A DNA stretch of 64,000 nt, taken from the NCBI GenBank assembly GCA_944375905.1, contig CALWAS010000027.1, positions 57,679 to 121,678 of the forward strand, read 5' to 3'. Positions within the stretch are counted from its first letter, which is position 1; the number at the start of each line of letters is the position of its first letter. The notes beneath the pieces were generated by a model, which had not been told where the DNA came from, searched no databases, and saw only the letters and a program-made list of their open reading frames with translations. Origin of the DNA: an uncultured Bacilli bacterium (GTDB lineage Bacteria; Bacillota_I; Bacilli_A; RFN20; CAG-826). Of this stretch, positions 18,393 to 27,320 are shown piece by piece. The position numbers were made by a program, and so were the translations under genes.

Positions 18393-21044
18393 TTAGGAGA
18401 GGGACTCGCCCCAGTAGACCGCAATCGAGGGGTCGCACCACTCCTCGTCCCAGAGAGCGGGCCGGCTATCCGCCTCGCAATGGATTTCCTTCTGGACGGT
18501 GAAGGCCCGGCGCCCCACTTCAAGGACGGAGGAAGGGATGTGGACTTCATTGAGCCCGCGCGTTCCAAGGAAGGCGCATTCCCCGATCTTGAGGAGAGTC
18601 GGCGGCAGGCTTGCCCCGACGATCTTCTCGTTGCCGCATAGGGCGTTCGGGCCGATTTCCTCGAGCCCGTAGGGAAGCAAGAGCTCGAATTCCCACTCCC
18701 GGTAATCAAAGGGACCGTCGTCGGTAAGCGAGCCGAGGGGAAGCCTTTCCTCGAGGAAGGGAACGCTTTGGGGAAGCTCATGCCGCCCTTCTTTGTCGGG
18801 AAGGGAAAGAAGGGAGGCCTTTTTCGTTCCTGGGCCGTCGAGATAGGTGGCAAAAACCATGTCCCCGTAGTCGAAGATGTCGCCGGCGAAATGCTCGAGG
18901 CGCGGCAGATTGGGGAAGATATCGGGCAAAGACGGGCATTCGCCTTCGAAAAGGAGAACCGCCTGGTCGCAACGGTAGAATGTCCCGTAAATCTCCTCGA
19001 TTTCGGATGGGAAGACAATGTAACGCAGCTCGTCGCAATAGACGAAGGCTTCGTCGCAAACCCGCTTGAGGCCAGAAGGGAGGCTCACTTTCCTAACGGA
19101 AGTCCAGGCAAAGGAATAGGAGGCTAGCTCCTCGACCCTATAGGCTTTCCCCGAGAAGAAGATTTCCTCGGGCACCGCCACTTCCTCGTCATCGCCGAAG
19201 TAATCGACGATCGTTGCGTACTCGCCCTCGCCCCGGTCGGCAATGGCGAAGGCAAAGCCGTCGTACTCCCCATAGAGGCCGGTCCCGCAGGTCGCGGCCG
19301 GGTTGGAATCGTTTCCGGGAGAGGAAGAGGGGTCGGTCGAGGCCCCAAAGACGATCCGGCAGCTCGTAGAACCGCCGAGGAAGTCGTCGCTGAGTATCCC
19401 AGCCGATTTCGGGACGAAGAGCCACTCGAGGAGCGGGCAGTTGGCGAAGGCCCCCGCCCCGATGGAGGCGAGGCCGTCCGGAAGGTGGACTTCCTTGAGG
19501 GCGGGGCTATCCTCGAAGGCCCTTTCCCCGATCGTCCTCAGCCCCTCCTTGAGGTCGACCCTCGAAAGCCCGGTCGACGAGAAAGCCACATCGCCGATGC
19601 TAACGAGGGAAGCGGAAAAATCGACTTCCCCAAGCCCGGTGCAGCCGCTCAAGGCAAACGGCGAAACGACAGCGATTCGATCGGCCATGTCGAGGGAGCG
19701 CAGCCTCCGGTTGCCGTAAAAGGCCCCGGTAGCGATTTCCGAGCCTTCTTTGAGAATAGAAAGATCGAGTTCCCGGTAGTACTCGTTGCATCCCATGAGG
19801 ACGTTGCCCCGGCTGGAATCGAAGGAATCGGCGTAAAGAAGCGTCCCGTCGGAATAGCGCTCGAAAAGCAAGCCGAAGCCATAGGCGTGGGGGATCTCGA
19901 GGAAGGGAACCCGGATCCGGTAATCGCTTTCGAGCCCGAGGAAGTAGACGGCCTCGATCGGCGAGTCGAGGAAGACGTCCGAGCCGATATCGACGTCGTA
20001 ATCGTCGTCGTTATAGGGAACGAGGGCATATTCGAGCTTGCTATTGGCGAAGGCCCGGTCGTCGATCGAGCGCAGCGAGTCGCTCTCCTCGAGGGGCAAA
20101 TAGTTTAGGGCGGTCCCCTCAAAGGCGGAGGCCCCGATGTCGCTCAGGCGGCCCGACCAATAGAAGGAAACGAGGGAAGAGTCCTCGAAAGCACTTTCCC
20201 CGATCGTCTCGATGTAGGGGGCGGCGACGGAAAGGAGGGACGAGTCTTCGAAGGCCCCGGGGGCGATGCCGTCGTAGCCTTCGGGGATGTACACGTTCCT
20301 TTCCTCCCCCCGGTAGCCGCTGACAAGCTTTTTCCCTTCCGTTTCCTCAAAGAGGATCTCACCCGCGTTCTCCCCTTCCACCGCGATGGTGAGGTAGTCG
20401 TGGTTCCCGTCTTCGTCAGTGGCCTTGAGAACGGCCGCTCCCGGGGAAAGGGCCCGATAGCCCTCGAGGCCGTTCACCTCGACGACCTCGGGGTTGAGCG
20501 AAACGACTTCCGTTATCTTCTCCGCGTGGATGAAGTCGCCGAAAAAGGAGTAGTCCTTCCCTTCCTCGACGAGATCCTGGCTCTTGTTGAAGAGGCTCAC
20601 CGCGAAGCTTTTCCTCATTCCCCGCACCTCGATGTCGATGACGGCATCGTTCACGCAGTAATAAGGGTCCGCGGAAGAGCAGGTCACCCTCGCGATGCCG
20701 GGGGAAAGGGCCTCGACATTGCCGTTTTCGTCGACCGAAAGGACGGACGGGTCGCTGCTTTTGAAGAAAGGAGGGTATTCCGCGCCGGGGTAATCGACGA
20801 CGATACGGCTTTTCTCCCCGATGTAGAGGACATCCTCGTTTCCTTCGAGCCTAAGCGTGCCCGACGGGACGCTCGTAAACTGTCCCGGACTCGATGTCGC
20901 TTCCTCCGAGCTTGAAAAAGGGGAAGAAGAGCTTTCCGAGGAGGGGCCGCCGCTTGTAGACGATTGGCCAACAAGGGCGTCTAGGAAAGAGCAACCGGCC
21001 AATAGGCAAGCGAGGGGCAAGGCAAGCAACAACGATTTTCTCAT
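18393..21044 (-). CDS. BspA-type leucine-rich-repeat surface lipoprotein with Ig-like (Big_2-type) N-terminal domains
   Basis: The ORF track lists the start at 21188. The likely true start is the internal MRKSLLLALPLACLLAGCSF (lipobox) at 21044, which removes the overlap with the neighbouring gene. The N-terminal part has Ig-like beta-rich segments. The C-terminal two-thirds carry repeated ~23-residue units of the form IPEGxxxIGxxAFxxCxxLxxV, typical of BspA/Treponema LRRs. Confidence 0.7.
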   Translation of the reverse strand: MRKSLLLALPLACLLAGCSFLDALVGQSSTSGGPSSESSSSPFSSSEEATSSPGQFTSVPSGTLRLEGNEDVLYIGEKSRIVVDYPGAEYPPFFKSSDPSVLSVDENGNVEALSPGIARVTCSSADPYYCVNDAVIDIEVRGMRKSFAVSLFNKSQDLVEEGKDYSFFGDFIHAEKITEVVSLNPEVVEVNGLEGYRALSPGAAVLKATDEDGNHDYLTIAVEGENAGEILFEETEGKKLVSGYRGEERNVYIPEGYDGIAPGAFEDSSLLSVAAPYIETIGESAFEDSSLVSFYWSGRLSDIGASAFEGTALNYLPLEESDSLRSIDDRAFANSKLEYALVPYNDDDYDVDIGSDVFLDSPIEAVYFLGLESDYRIRVPFLEIPHAYGFGLLFERYSDGTLLYADSFDSSRGNVLMGCNEYYRELDLSILKEGSEIATGAFYGNRRLRSLDMADRIAVVSPFALSGCTGLGEVDFSASLVSIGDVAFSSTGLSRVDLKEGLRTIGERAFEDSPALKEVHLPDGLASIGAGAFANCPLLEWLFVPKSAGILSDDFLGGSTSCRIVFGASTDPSSSPGNDSNPAATCGTGLYGEYDGFAFAIADRGEGEYATIVDYFGDDEEVAVPEEIFFSGKAYRVEELASYSFAWTSVRKVSLPSGLKRVCDEAFVYCDELRYIVFPSEIEEIYGTFYRCDQAVLLFEGECPSLPDIFPNLPRLEHFAGDIFDYGDMVFATYLDGPGTKKASLLSLPDKEGRHELPQSVPFLEERLPLGSLTDDGPFDYREWEFELLLPYGLEEIGPNALCGNEKIVGASLPPTLLKIGECAFLGTRGLNEVHIPSSVLEVGRRAFTVQKEIHCEADSRPALWDEEWCDPSIAVYWGESLS

Positions 21045-21073
21045 GGAGAGATTGTAACGAGCGAAAAGATGGC

Positions 21074-21667
21074 TCACCAAACGAAATCGCCCTTGATGAG
21101 CTTTTTCCGGCACCGCTCGTAATCGGGGAACTCGCTTTTGAGGAGGATGTGGAAGCCCCGTCCGTGGTCGAAATAGAAATGATGGCAAAGCTCATGGACG
21201 ACGACGCTATCGATGATATGGGGATCGTAGCTCGACAAAGAGAGGGCGAAAGTGAGGGCGTGGCTCCTCCGGGAGTTCGAGCCAAGGCGGGTCTTCATCT
21301 TCCTCACCTTGACCGCATAGGGCGGGAAGACCCCGATTTTCCCTTCGTAAGAGGCAACGGCCTCCCGAAGGTAGGCGAGCAATAGCCGCTTCCTTTCCGC
21401 TTCGCCCGGTTCGGCTTCGACCTTCTTCCCAAAGAGGTAGCACCCGTCTTCTTTCTTCGAACGCTCAAGCAAGGAGAGAATCGACCGCTCGCTTTTCTTT
21501 ATCAAGGAGAGGACGTCCGAAAATCTCATGGCATAGGGTGCGGAAACCGCGATTCCCCCGTCCCTAGCGGGCCGGAAATACACCCTTTTGATTCTCTTGA
21601 AGCGGACCTCGACGCGGATTTCCCTCCCGCCAAGGACGATCCTTCCCTCTTCGAGCCGCTCTTTCAT
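21074..21667 (-). CDS. DUF45/YgjP-like metal-dependent hydrolase (HExxH)
   Basis: 197 aa. C-terminal VVHELCHHFYFDHGRGFHILLKSEFPDY is the YgjP/WLM-type zinc-hydrolase motif. The remaining sequence context also fits the family. Confidence 0.7.
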   Translation of the reverse strand: MKERLEEGRIVLGGREIRVEVRFKRIKRVYFRPARDGGIAVSAPYAMRFSDVLSLIKKSERSILSLLERSKKEDGCYLFGKKVEAEPGEAERKRLLLAYLREAVASYEGKIGVFPPYAVKVRKMKTRLGSNSRRSHALTFALSLSSYDPHIIDSVVVHELCHHFYFDHGRGFHILLKSEFPDYERCRKKLIKGDFVW

Positions 21668-21779
21668 CGCTAGAAGATTAGCCGTAAATCCCCGCCTTTG
21701 CCAATCTTTCCCCTAAGGGGAAGTTGGAAAATGCCCGCAATAGGGATATCCTAACCGCTAGTTTGGAGGGAATGACAGC

Positions 21780-22559
21780 ATGGAAAAGATCCTCGTCTCG
21801 GCGTGCCTGCTCGGCGAAAAGACCCGTTACGACGGGAAGGACAACCTTTGCGCTTCCCTCTCCCGCCTCATGGACGAGTACGAACTCGTCCCCTTCTGCC
21901 CCGAGGTCGAGGGCGGACTCCCGGTTCCCCGCGAGCCGAGCGAAATCAAGGGCGGCTCCGTCATCCATAGGGACGGGAGCGACGTCACCAAGTACTTCGT
22001 CGACGGGGCCGAGAAGGCCCTCAACCTTTGCCGTTACCTCGGGATCGGCATCGCCATTTTGAAGGACGGCTCCCCTTCCTGCGGCTCGAGGAGAATCCAC
22101 GACGGAAGCTTCTCTTCCCTTTTGAAGGACGGGCAGGGCATCACGGCCGCCCGCCTCATCGCCGCCGGGATCCGCGTCTATAGCGAAAACGATGCCCTCG
22201 ATTTCCTCCTAAAGGGTAAAGAGGAACGGAAGTCCCCGCGCCATAAGCCCTACCGCCGCTTTAGGAAAGACGGGGCGAAAGAGGGCAAGGAAGCCGGGGA
22301 GCGGAGCTACCGCCGCCGCGAAGAGAAGGAAGGCGGCAAGCGCCATTACGTCAAAGCGGAGGGCGAAAAAGGCCGCCCCTATGGCAAAAAGCCCTTCAAA
22401 AAGGGCGGATTTGCGCATAAAAAGCCCGGCGAACGCTCCTTCGAGAAACGAGGAAAGGGACCGCGCAAGCCCTTCTACAAGAAAGGCGAAGGCAAGACGA
22501 ACGCCCGCAAGGGCTACTTCGCCCGCCGCGGGAAGGCCAACGATGGGCGAAAGGAATAG
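21780..22559 (+). CDS. DUF523 (YbbK/TudS-like) protein with a roughly 110-aa Lys/Arg/Gly-rich C-terminal tail
   Basis: N-terminal MEKILVSACLLGEKTRYDGKDN...FCPEVEGGLPVPR...SPSCGS matches DUF523 (thiouracil desulfurase-like Cys-rich fold). From about residue 150 the ORF continues as a K/R/G/E/Y-rich low-complexity tail (KPYRRFRKDGAKEGKEAG...KKGEGKTNARKGYFARRGK) encoded by purine-rich DNA. Confidence 0.65.
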   Translation: MEKILVSACLLGEKTRYDGKDNLCASLSRLMDEYELVPFCPEVEGGLPVPREPSEIKGGSVIHRDGSDVTKYFVDGAEKALNLCRYLGIGIAILKDGSPSCGSRRIHDGSFSSLLKDGQGITAARLIAAGIRVYSENDALDFLLKGKEERKSPRHKPYRRFRKDGAKEGKEAGERSYRRREEKEGGKRHYVKAEGEKGRPYGKKPFKKGGFAHKKPGERSFEKRGKGPRKPFYKKGEGKTNARKGYFARRGKANDGRKE

Positions 22560-23049
22560 GGTCTTCGTCCTGGCCCTGACCGCCGTCTTCAGCGCCATCG
22601 CCTTCGTCGCCACCGCCTTTTTGGCCATTCCCTACCCCGGAGGCGGCTATTTCAACTTCGGCGATGCCGCAATCATCCTTTCAAGCGCCTTCCTCGGGCC
22701 GCTTCCCTCCCTTTTCGTCGCCTTCTTCGGAGGGGCGATGGCCGACATCTTCCTCGGAATGGCGATGTACGCCCCCTTCTCGCTCCTCGCGAAGTTCCTT
22801 TTGTCCCTCTCTTCTTCCCTTTTCTTCCGCCTCTTCAAGAGAAAATGGGGCGGGCTTCTATTAGGAAGCGCCCTCGGGGGCATCCTCGAAGTCCTTTCCT
22901 ATATGCTTTGCTACTACGTTCTTCTCGGAACGCTCACCGTTTCCTCCCTTTTCGACTTGATCCAGGCCGCGGTATCGATTGCCGTTTCCATACCTCTTTA
23001 CCTTGCCATCAATAGAGCCGTCGCCTTCCGCCTCCACCGAAAGGCGTAG
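22543..23049 (+). CDS. Small polytopic membrane protein, ECF-transporter S-component-like
   Basis: I take the start as the internal MGERNRVFVLALTAVFSAIAFVATAFLAIPYPGGGYFNFGDAAIILSS. The upstream part of the listed ORF overlaps the basic tail of the preceding gene. It has 5-6 hydrophobic helices and is about 168 aa, typical of ECF substrate-capture proteins. Confidence 0.45.
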   Translation: MGERNRVFVLALTAVFSAIAFVATAFLAIPYPGGGYFNFGDAAIILSSAFLGPLPSLFVAFFGGAMADIFLGMAMYAPFSLLAKFLLSLSSSLFFRLFKRKWGGLLLGSALGGILEVLSYMLCYYVLLGTLTVSSLFDLIQAAVSIAVSIPLYLAINRAVAFRLHRKA

Positions 23050-23249
23050 GCAAAGGGCCTTCGTTTCTACTTCGTCAACGGCTCCGCCGGCATCCCCTAG
23101 CAGGCGGGCTTTTTCTTTTAAGCCCGTATCATCGTGCCCCCCTTCCCCGCTTCGGCGAGGCAAAAGGAAAAAGCCCCTCCTGTTGGTTTGCCCAACATTT
23201 GGGGCTCACTTCAAAGCGGGATGGGGCTTCTTTTTTCCAAGCGCCTCAA

Positions 23250-24611
23250 TTAGTAGATGCGCTTTTCGGTCGCCTTGTCGAAGATATGGGCCTTCGAGAT
23301 GTCGAAGAGGATCTTCATCTGGTCGCCGATCTTGATCTCATGGGTAAGCGGGATCTTGGCGACGAGGTCGCCGCCGGCGAAATCGCTATGGACGTAGTAT
23401 TCGTGTCCGAGGAGCTCGGCCACGGCAACGGCGATCTCATAGGGCTCGCCGCCATAGCGCTTGACGTGCTCTTCGTCGCCCTCGTGGATGTCCTCCGGAC
23501 GGATGCCGAAGATGATCTCGTGGGCGCCGCCGATGGCCTCGATGTCCTGATGGAGCTTCTTCTTGGCCGCGGCCAGCCGGGCTTCGGAGGCCTCGTCCTT
23601 GGTGGCCTTGCCTTCTTCCTCGAGCTTGGCGATCGCGAGCTTGTCGCTTTCTTCCTCGGCCTTGTAGAAGGCGTCGTGGGCCTTGACCCACTCCTCCGGG
23701 CACTTGATCTTCTTGCCATTGCCAAGGATGACGGTGCCCTTTTCGTAGGTGGCCTTCATGAGGTTCATCGACGGGGAGCCGATGAAGCCGGCGACGAAGA
23801 CGTTCGCTGGCTTGTTGTAGATCTCGATCGGGGAGCCGATCTGCTGGATGTGGCCGAGCTTCATGACGACGATGCGGCTCGCCATGGTCATGGCCTCGGT
23901 CTGGTCGTGGGTGACGTAGATGGTCGTCGCCCCGAGGGCTTCGTGGAGCTTGATGATCTCCGAACGCATCTGGACGCGGAGCTTCGCGTCGAGGTTGGAG
24001 AGCGGCTCGTCCATGAGGAAGACCTTGGCGTTGCGGACGATGGCCCGTCCAAGGGCGACGCGCTGACGCTGGCCACCAGAGAGGGCCTTCGGCTTCCGGT
24101 CGAGGTATTCCTCGATCTGGAGGATCTTGGCGGCGTTATGGACGCGCTCGTCGATCTCGCTCTTCGGAAGGTGGCGGATCTTGAGGCCGAACGCCATGTT
24201 GTTGTAGACGGTCATGTGCGGGTAAAGGGCGTAGGACTGGAAGACCATCGCGATGTCGCGGTCCTTCGGGCTCCGGTCGTTGCTGTACTCGCCGTCGATG
24301 TAGAGCTCGCCGCTCGAGATGTCCTCGAGGCCGGCGATCATGCGGAGGGTCGTCGACTTGCCGCACCCGGACGGGCCGACGAAGACGATGAATTCCTTCT
24401 TCTTGATGTCGAGGGTGAAGTCGAAGACGGCCTGAACGCCGTTTTCGTAGATCTTGTCGACGTGGCGGAGGGAAACGTAGGCGAGGTCATTGGGTACTTC
24501 GCGCTTGCCCTCGGCTTTCTTTTCTTCCTTCTTGGCTTCGGCTTTGCTTTCGGCCTTGGCTTCGGGGAGCTTCTCCCCTGCCTCGGCCTTCTTCTTGAAT
24601 AGTGCCATCAT
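23250..24611 (-). CDS. Sugar ABC transporter ATP-binding protein (MalK/MsmK/UgpC family) with an N-terminal Lys/Glu/Ala-rich extension
   Basis: Walker [19 protein letters not shown], signature [14 protein letters not shown], Walker [13 protein letters not shown] and a C-terminal TOBE-like regulatory domain. A 45-aa N-terminal extension [36 protein letters not shown] is present. No alternative start codon exists near the conserved core start, so the extension appears genuine. Confidence 0.85.
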   Translation of the reverse strand: MMALFKKKAEAGEKLPEAKAESKAEAKKEEKKAEGKREVPNDLAYVSLRHVDKIYENGVQAVFDFTLDIKKKEFIVFVGPSGCGKSTTLRMIAGLEDISSGELYIDGEYSNDRSPKDRDIAMVFQSYALYPHMTVYNNMAFGLKIRHLPKSEIDERVHNAAKILQIEEYLDRKPKALSGGQRQRVALGRAIVRNAKVFLMDEPLSNLDAKLRVQMRSEIIKLHEALGATTIYVTHDQTEAMTMASRIVVMKLGHIQQIGSPIEIYNKPANVFVAGFIGSPSMNLMKATYEKGTVILGNGKKIKCPEEWVKAHDAFYKAEEESDKLAIAKLEEEGKATKDEASEARLAAAKKKLHQDIEAIGGAHEIIFGIRPEDIHEGDEEHVKRYGGEPYEIAVAVAELLGHEYYVHSDFAGGDLVAKIPLTHEIKIGDQMKILFDISKAHIFDKATEKRIY

Positions 24612-24677
24612 TGCTCCTTATTGAACGCGGTTTCCCGCTTGGCTACGGCGATTATATGAAAGCGCTAACAAGTTGTC

Positions 24678-24694
24678 TTGTGCACGGTGCACAA
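24678..24694. promoter_or_regulatory. Perfect 17-bp palindrome TTGTGCAC-G-GTGCACAA upstream of the MalK-like gene; candidate operator
   Basis: Seen directly in the sequence, 67-83 bp upstream of the MalK-like start codon (minus strand), in the gap between the MalK-like and PucR-like genes. Confidence 0.35.
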
Positions 24695-24789
24695 ATCGAT
24701 TTGGCCAAGCGGCGCGCGGCCATTTCGACCCGTCCCCGATTCGCGAAGAACGGGGGGCGGACCGCCGCATTCGGATTTTCCAAGGCGAG

Positions 24790-24830
24790 AAAAGAAAAAG
24801 CGGGCACGTCTTTCCTAAGCCCGCCCGCCG
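24790..24830 (-). terminator. Rho-independent terminator downstream of the PucR-like gene
   Basis: Minus-strand reading is GGGCGGGCTTAGGAAAGACGTGCCCGC followed by TTTTTCTTTTCT. Confidence 0.45.
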
Positions 24831-24844
24831 CGCTTGCCCGCCGC

Positions 24845-25438
24845 TTACCGGCGCCCGTAGGCTTCGTATATTTCGATGAGAAGGGCGTTATGGTAGTCCC
24901 GGGGGTCGATGCCGGTCGCCTCCACGAACTTCTGGAGGCGGTAGGAAAAGGTATTGCGATGGACGAAGATGGCCTCGGCGGCCTTCTTGGCGTCGAGCCC
25001 GCTCCTAAGGTAGGCGATGGCCGTGAGGTAGGTCTCGCGGTCGAGGCCGGAGAAGTCCTGCCGGAGGAGTGGGATCGAGGAAAAGTCCTGGTAGTAGAAC
25101 TCCCTTAGGAGAACGTCGCTCGGGAAAAAGGCGCTATTGGGGAAATAGGAAAGCCCCTCCCGCACGAGCTTCCGGGCCAAGGGCGTATCGAGGTGCGAGC
25201 GGAGGAAGGAAAGGTTGTGCCCGAGGTCGTCGCGCATTGCCATGAGGGCGCTCGAAAGCGGGAGGAAGAAGTCGCTCCCGGCGTAGACGATGCCGGAAGT
25301 CGGCGTTTCCTTCTCAAGGCGAAAGGGCACGTCGAAGGACGAGAAGGCGCCCTCGAGGCCCCTTTCGTCGAGGGGTCCGTCAGCGAGATATAGGTAAAGG
25401 TAGTCGCGTCCCATCACCTGATCTTGAGCAAGTAGCAC
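24845..25438 (-). CDS. PucR/CdaR-family transcriptional regulator (short form, C-terminal HTH)
   Basis: 197 aa. C-terminal AIFVHRNTFSYRLQKFVEATGIDPRDYHNALLIEIY matches the PucR C-terminal helix-turn-helix. Its start overlaps the stop of the upstream glucosidase gene by about 25 bp. Confidence 0.55.
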   Translation of the reverse strand: MLLAQDQVMGRDYLYLYLADGPLDERGLEGAFSSFDVPFRLEKETPTSGIVYAGSDFFLPLSSALMAMRDDLGHNLSFLRSHLDTPLARKLVREGLSYFPNSAFFPSDVLLREFYYQDFSSIPLLRQDFSGLDRETYLTAIAYLRSGLDAKKAAEAIFVHRNTFSYRLQKFVEATGIDPRDYHNALLIEIYEAYGRR

Positions 25439-27108
25439 TCGAAGGGACGGAGGGTGAAGACGTGGTTGCTAAGAAGGACGCCGTCGTAGTTATGGAGGAC
25501 GATGTCCGCGAGCTCGTAATTGAAGGTGAAATAGACCTGATAGGGGCGGAAGTTCGAAATGCACATGATCGTCGAGCTGCCCCGGTGGAGATAGGCGAAG
25601 ACATCGGGGTGATTGTAGTCGACGATCTCGAGCCTTCCGTTATTGACGATGTCGTTGTAGGTGGCCGATTTGCGGAAGGAAATCGCGTACTGGAAGTAGT
25701 TGAGGATCGAATAGGGATCCTCCATTTCCTCTTGCACGTTCACGCCTTCGCGGTAGTTGTCGTTGACCTTGACCCAGGGCTTGGCATGCGAGAAGCCGGC
25801 GTTTTCGTGGCGGTTCCACTGCATCGGGGTCCGGGCGTTGATCCGGTTGGCCCTTCGCCAGAAGCGGAGGATCGTCTCGTCGTCGTAGCCGGCCGCGCGT
25901 AGTTCCTTGAGGGAATCGCGGTTCGCGTCGTCGAAAAGGAAATCCTCGATCTTCGAATAGGTGACGTTGCTCATCCCGATTTCGTCGCCATAGTGGATGA
26001 ACGGGGTGCCGTATAGGAAGAGGAGGGTCGTGAATAGCATCTTGGCCGACTCGCTCCGGTACTCGACCGAGCCGTATTGGCTAAGGACCCGCGGATGGTC
26101 GTGGTTGCACCAATATAGCGGCATGTCGCTCGTCGCGGCATTCGGGTACCACCGCATGAAGTTGTTCTTGAGCGAGATGACGTCGGTCCTTATCTCGTCG
26201 TCGCGCTTGTCGATCGAGCCGTAGGCGCCGTTGTTCCAGACGGTGTCGAAATTGAAGACGAGGTTGACCGGACCCCGCCCGCGGTCGCTATAAAGCCGGG
26301 CCTCCCCCGGTTGGAGGCTACCCCCGAATTCACCGACGAGGAGAGTGTTTTCGTCGACCCCCTTCTCGCGGAATTCGCGGAGATAGGAAAGGATTTCCGG
26401 GCGGTTGGAGAAGCGGTCCGGGTCAAGGACGTAGCCCTCCTTCCCGGCGGGAAGCGGGCTATCGGCATAGCTCGGGTCCTTGGCGAGATGGGAAATGGCA
26501 TCGAGGCGGAAGCCGTCGACGCCCATCTCGACGTAATGGCGGGCGATTTTGAAATACTCGTTCCTGAGCTCGGGGTTTTCCCAGTTGGTATCGGGCATTG
26601 CCGGCGAAAAGACATGGAGGTAGAAACTGTCATCGGTCCCGGGCATCCTTTCCCAGGCCGACGTCGAGAAGAAGGAGCCCCAGTTATTGGGAGGGAGGAG
26701 CTTTCCGTCCGCCCACCGGCCCTTCTTGATGATGTAATAGCCGGCTTCCTTCGAGTTTATGTCCGCCTTGGCCTTCATGAACCACGGATGGAGGTCGCTC
26801 GTGTGGTTCATCGTGAGGTCGAGGAGGACGCGGATGCCGCGGAGATGGGCCTCGTGAAGGAGCTTCGAGAGATCCTCGTCCGTCCCGAAGCGGGGATCGA
26901 CGTGGTAGTAGTCGCTCACGTCGTAGCCCGAGTCGTGCATCGGGGTCTTGAAAATGGGGCAAATCCAAAGCAAATCGACTCCGAGTTCCCTTAAGTAATC
27001 GAGTTTCTCGACGATGCCTCCGAGGTCACCGTAGCCATCCCCGTTCGAGTCCTTGAACGAGGCCGGGTAGATGATGTAGCCGATCGAGTTCCGCCACCAC
27101 GCTTCCAT
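25414..27108 (-). CDS. GH13 alpha-glucosidase / oligo-1,6-glucosidase-type glycoside hydrolase
   Basis: Likely true start MEAWWRNSIGYIIYPASFKDSNGDGYGDLGGIVEKLDYLRELGVDLLWICPIF, a canonical GH13 N-terminus. Conserved regions GFRLDAISH and LVGEFGG, and the NHD catalytic-region motifs (WCNHDHPR), are present. The ORF-track start at 27144 adds 12 Arg-rich codons. Confidence 0.9.
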   Translation of the reverse strand: MEAWWRNSIGYIIYPASFKDSNGDGYGDLGGIVEKLDYLRELGVDLLWICPIFKTPMHDSGYDVSDYYHVDPRFGTDEDLSKLLHEAHLRGIRVLLDLTMNHTSDLHPWFMKAKADINSKEAGYYIIKKGRWADGKLLPPNNWGSFFSTSAWERMPGTDDSFYLHVFSPAMPDTNWENPELRNEYFKIARHYVEMGVDGFRLDAISHLAKDPSYADSPLPAGKEGYVLDPDRFSNRPEILSYLREFREKGVDENTLLVGEFGGSLQPGEARLYSDRGRGPVNLVFNFDTVWNNGAYGSIDKRDDEIRTDVISLKNNFMRWYPNAATSDMPLYWCNHDHPRVLSQYGSVEYRSESAKMLFTTLLFLYGTPFIHYGDEIGMSNVTYSKIEDFLFDDANRDSLKELRAAGYDDETILRFWRRANRINARTPMQWNRHENAGFSHAKPWVKVNDNYREGVNVQEEMEDPYSILNYFQYAISFRKSATYNDIVNNGRLEIVDYNHPDVFAYLHRGSSTIMCISNFRPYQVYFTFNYELADIVLHNYDGVLLSNHVFTLRPFECYLLKIR

Positions 27109-27320
27109 CCTTGCTCTTCTCCTTGCGCGCTTACGTTGTCCCATTATAGCGCATCGCCCGCGCGAGCCGTCTTCAAATGCTACGAATGTAATAGATTTGG
27201 CGCTTTTCCTGCTTCGTGCCGCTGCTCATATGTCAAATGCCCGCAAAACCCGCTTCCTTTTCCCTATTTCGCACGATTGTCGCCTTGCCTATGCCACGCG
27301 TCCTTCCTACAATCCCCCAT

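Noticed and set aside
18263-20108. Multiple overlapping ORFs (251, 207, 138 and 126 aa) in both strands within the BspA-like gene
   Set aside because: These are shadow ORFs of a 60%+ GC gene. Only the 931-aa frame has the signal peptide and LRR periodicity.
21045-21188. Upstream part of the 931-aa ORF (MPSFLFRPRTGLPHPP...)
   Set aside because: It would overlap the DUF45 gene by 115 bp. The internal Met at 21044 begins a canonical lipoprotein signal peptide.
22381-22542. N-terminal 54 codons of the ORF-track version of the ECF-S-like gene
   Set aside because: This region is the basic-tail coding sequence of the preceding gene in another frame. The hydrophobic membrane protein starts at the internal Met.
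23199-24602. 467-aa plus-strand ORF
   Set aside because: It is exactly antisense to the MalK-like ATPase, which has canonical Walker A/signature/Walker B motifs. Its translation is Gly/Asp/Val/Leu-rich nonsense.
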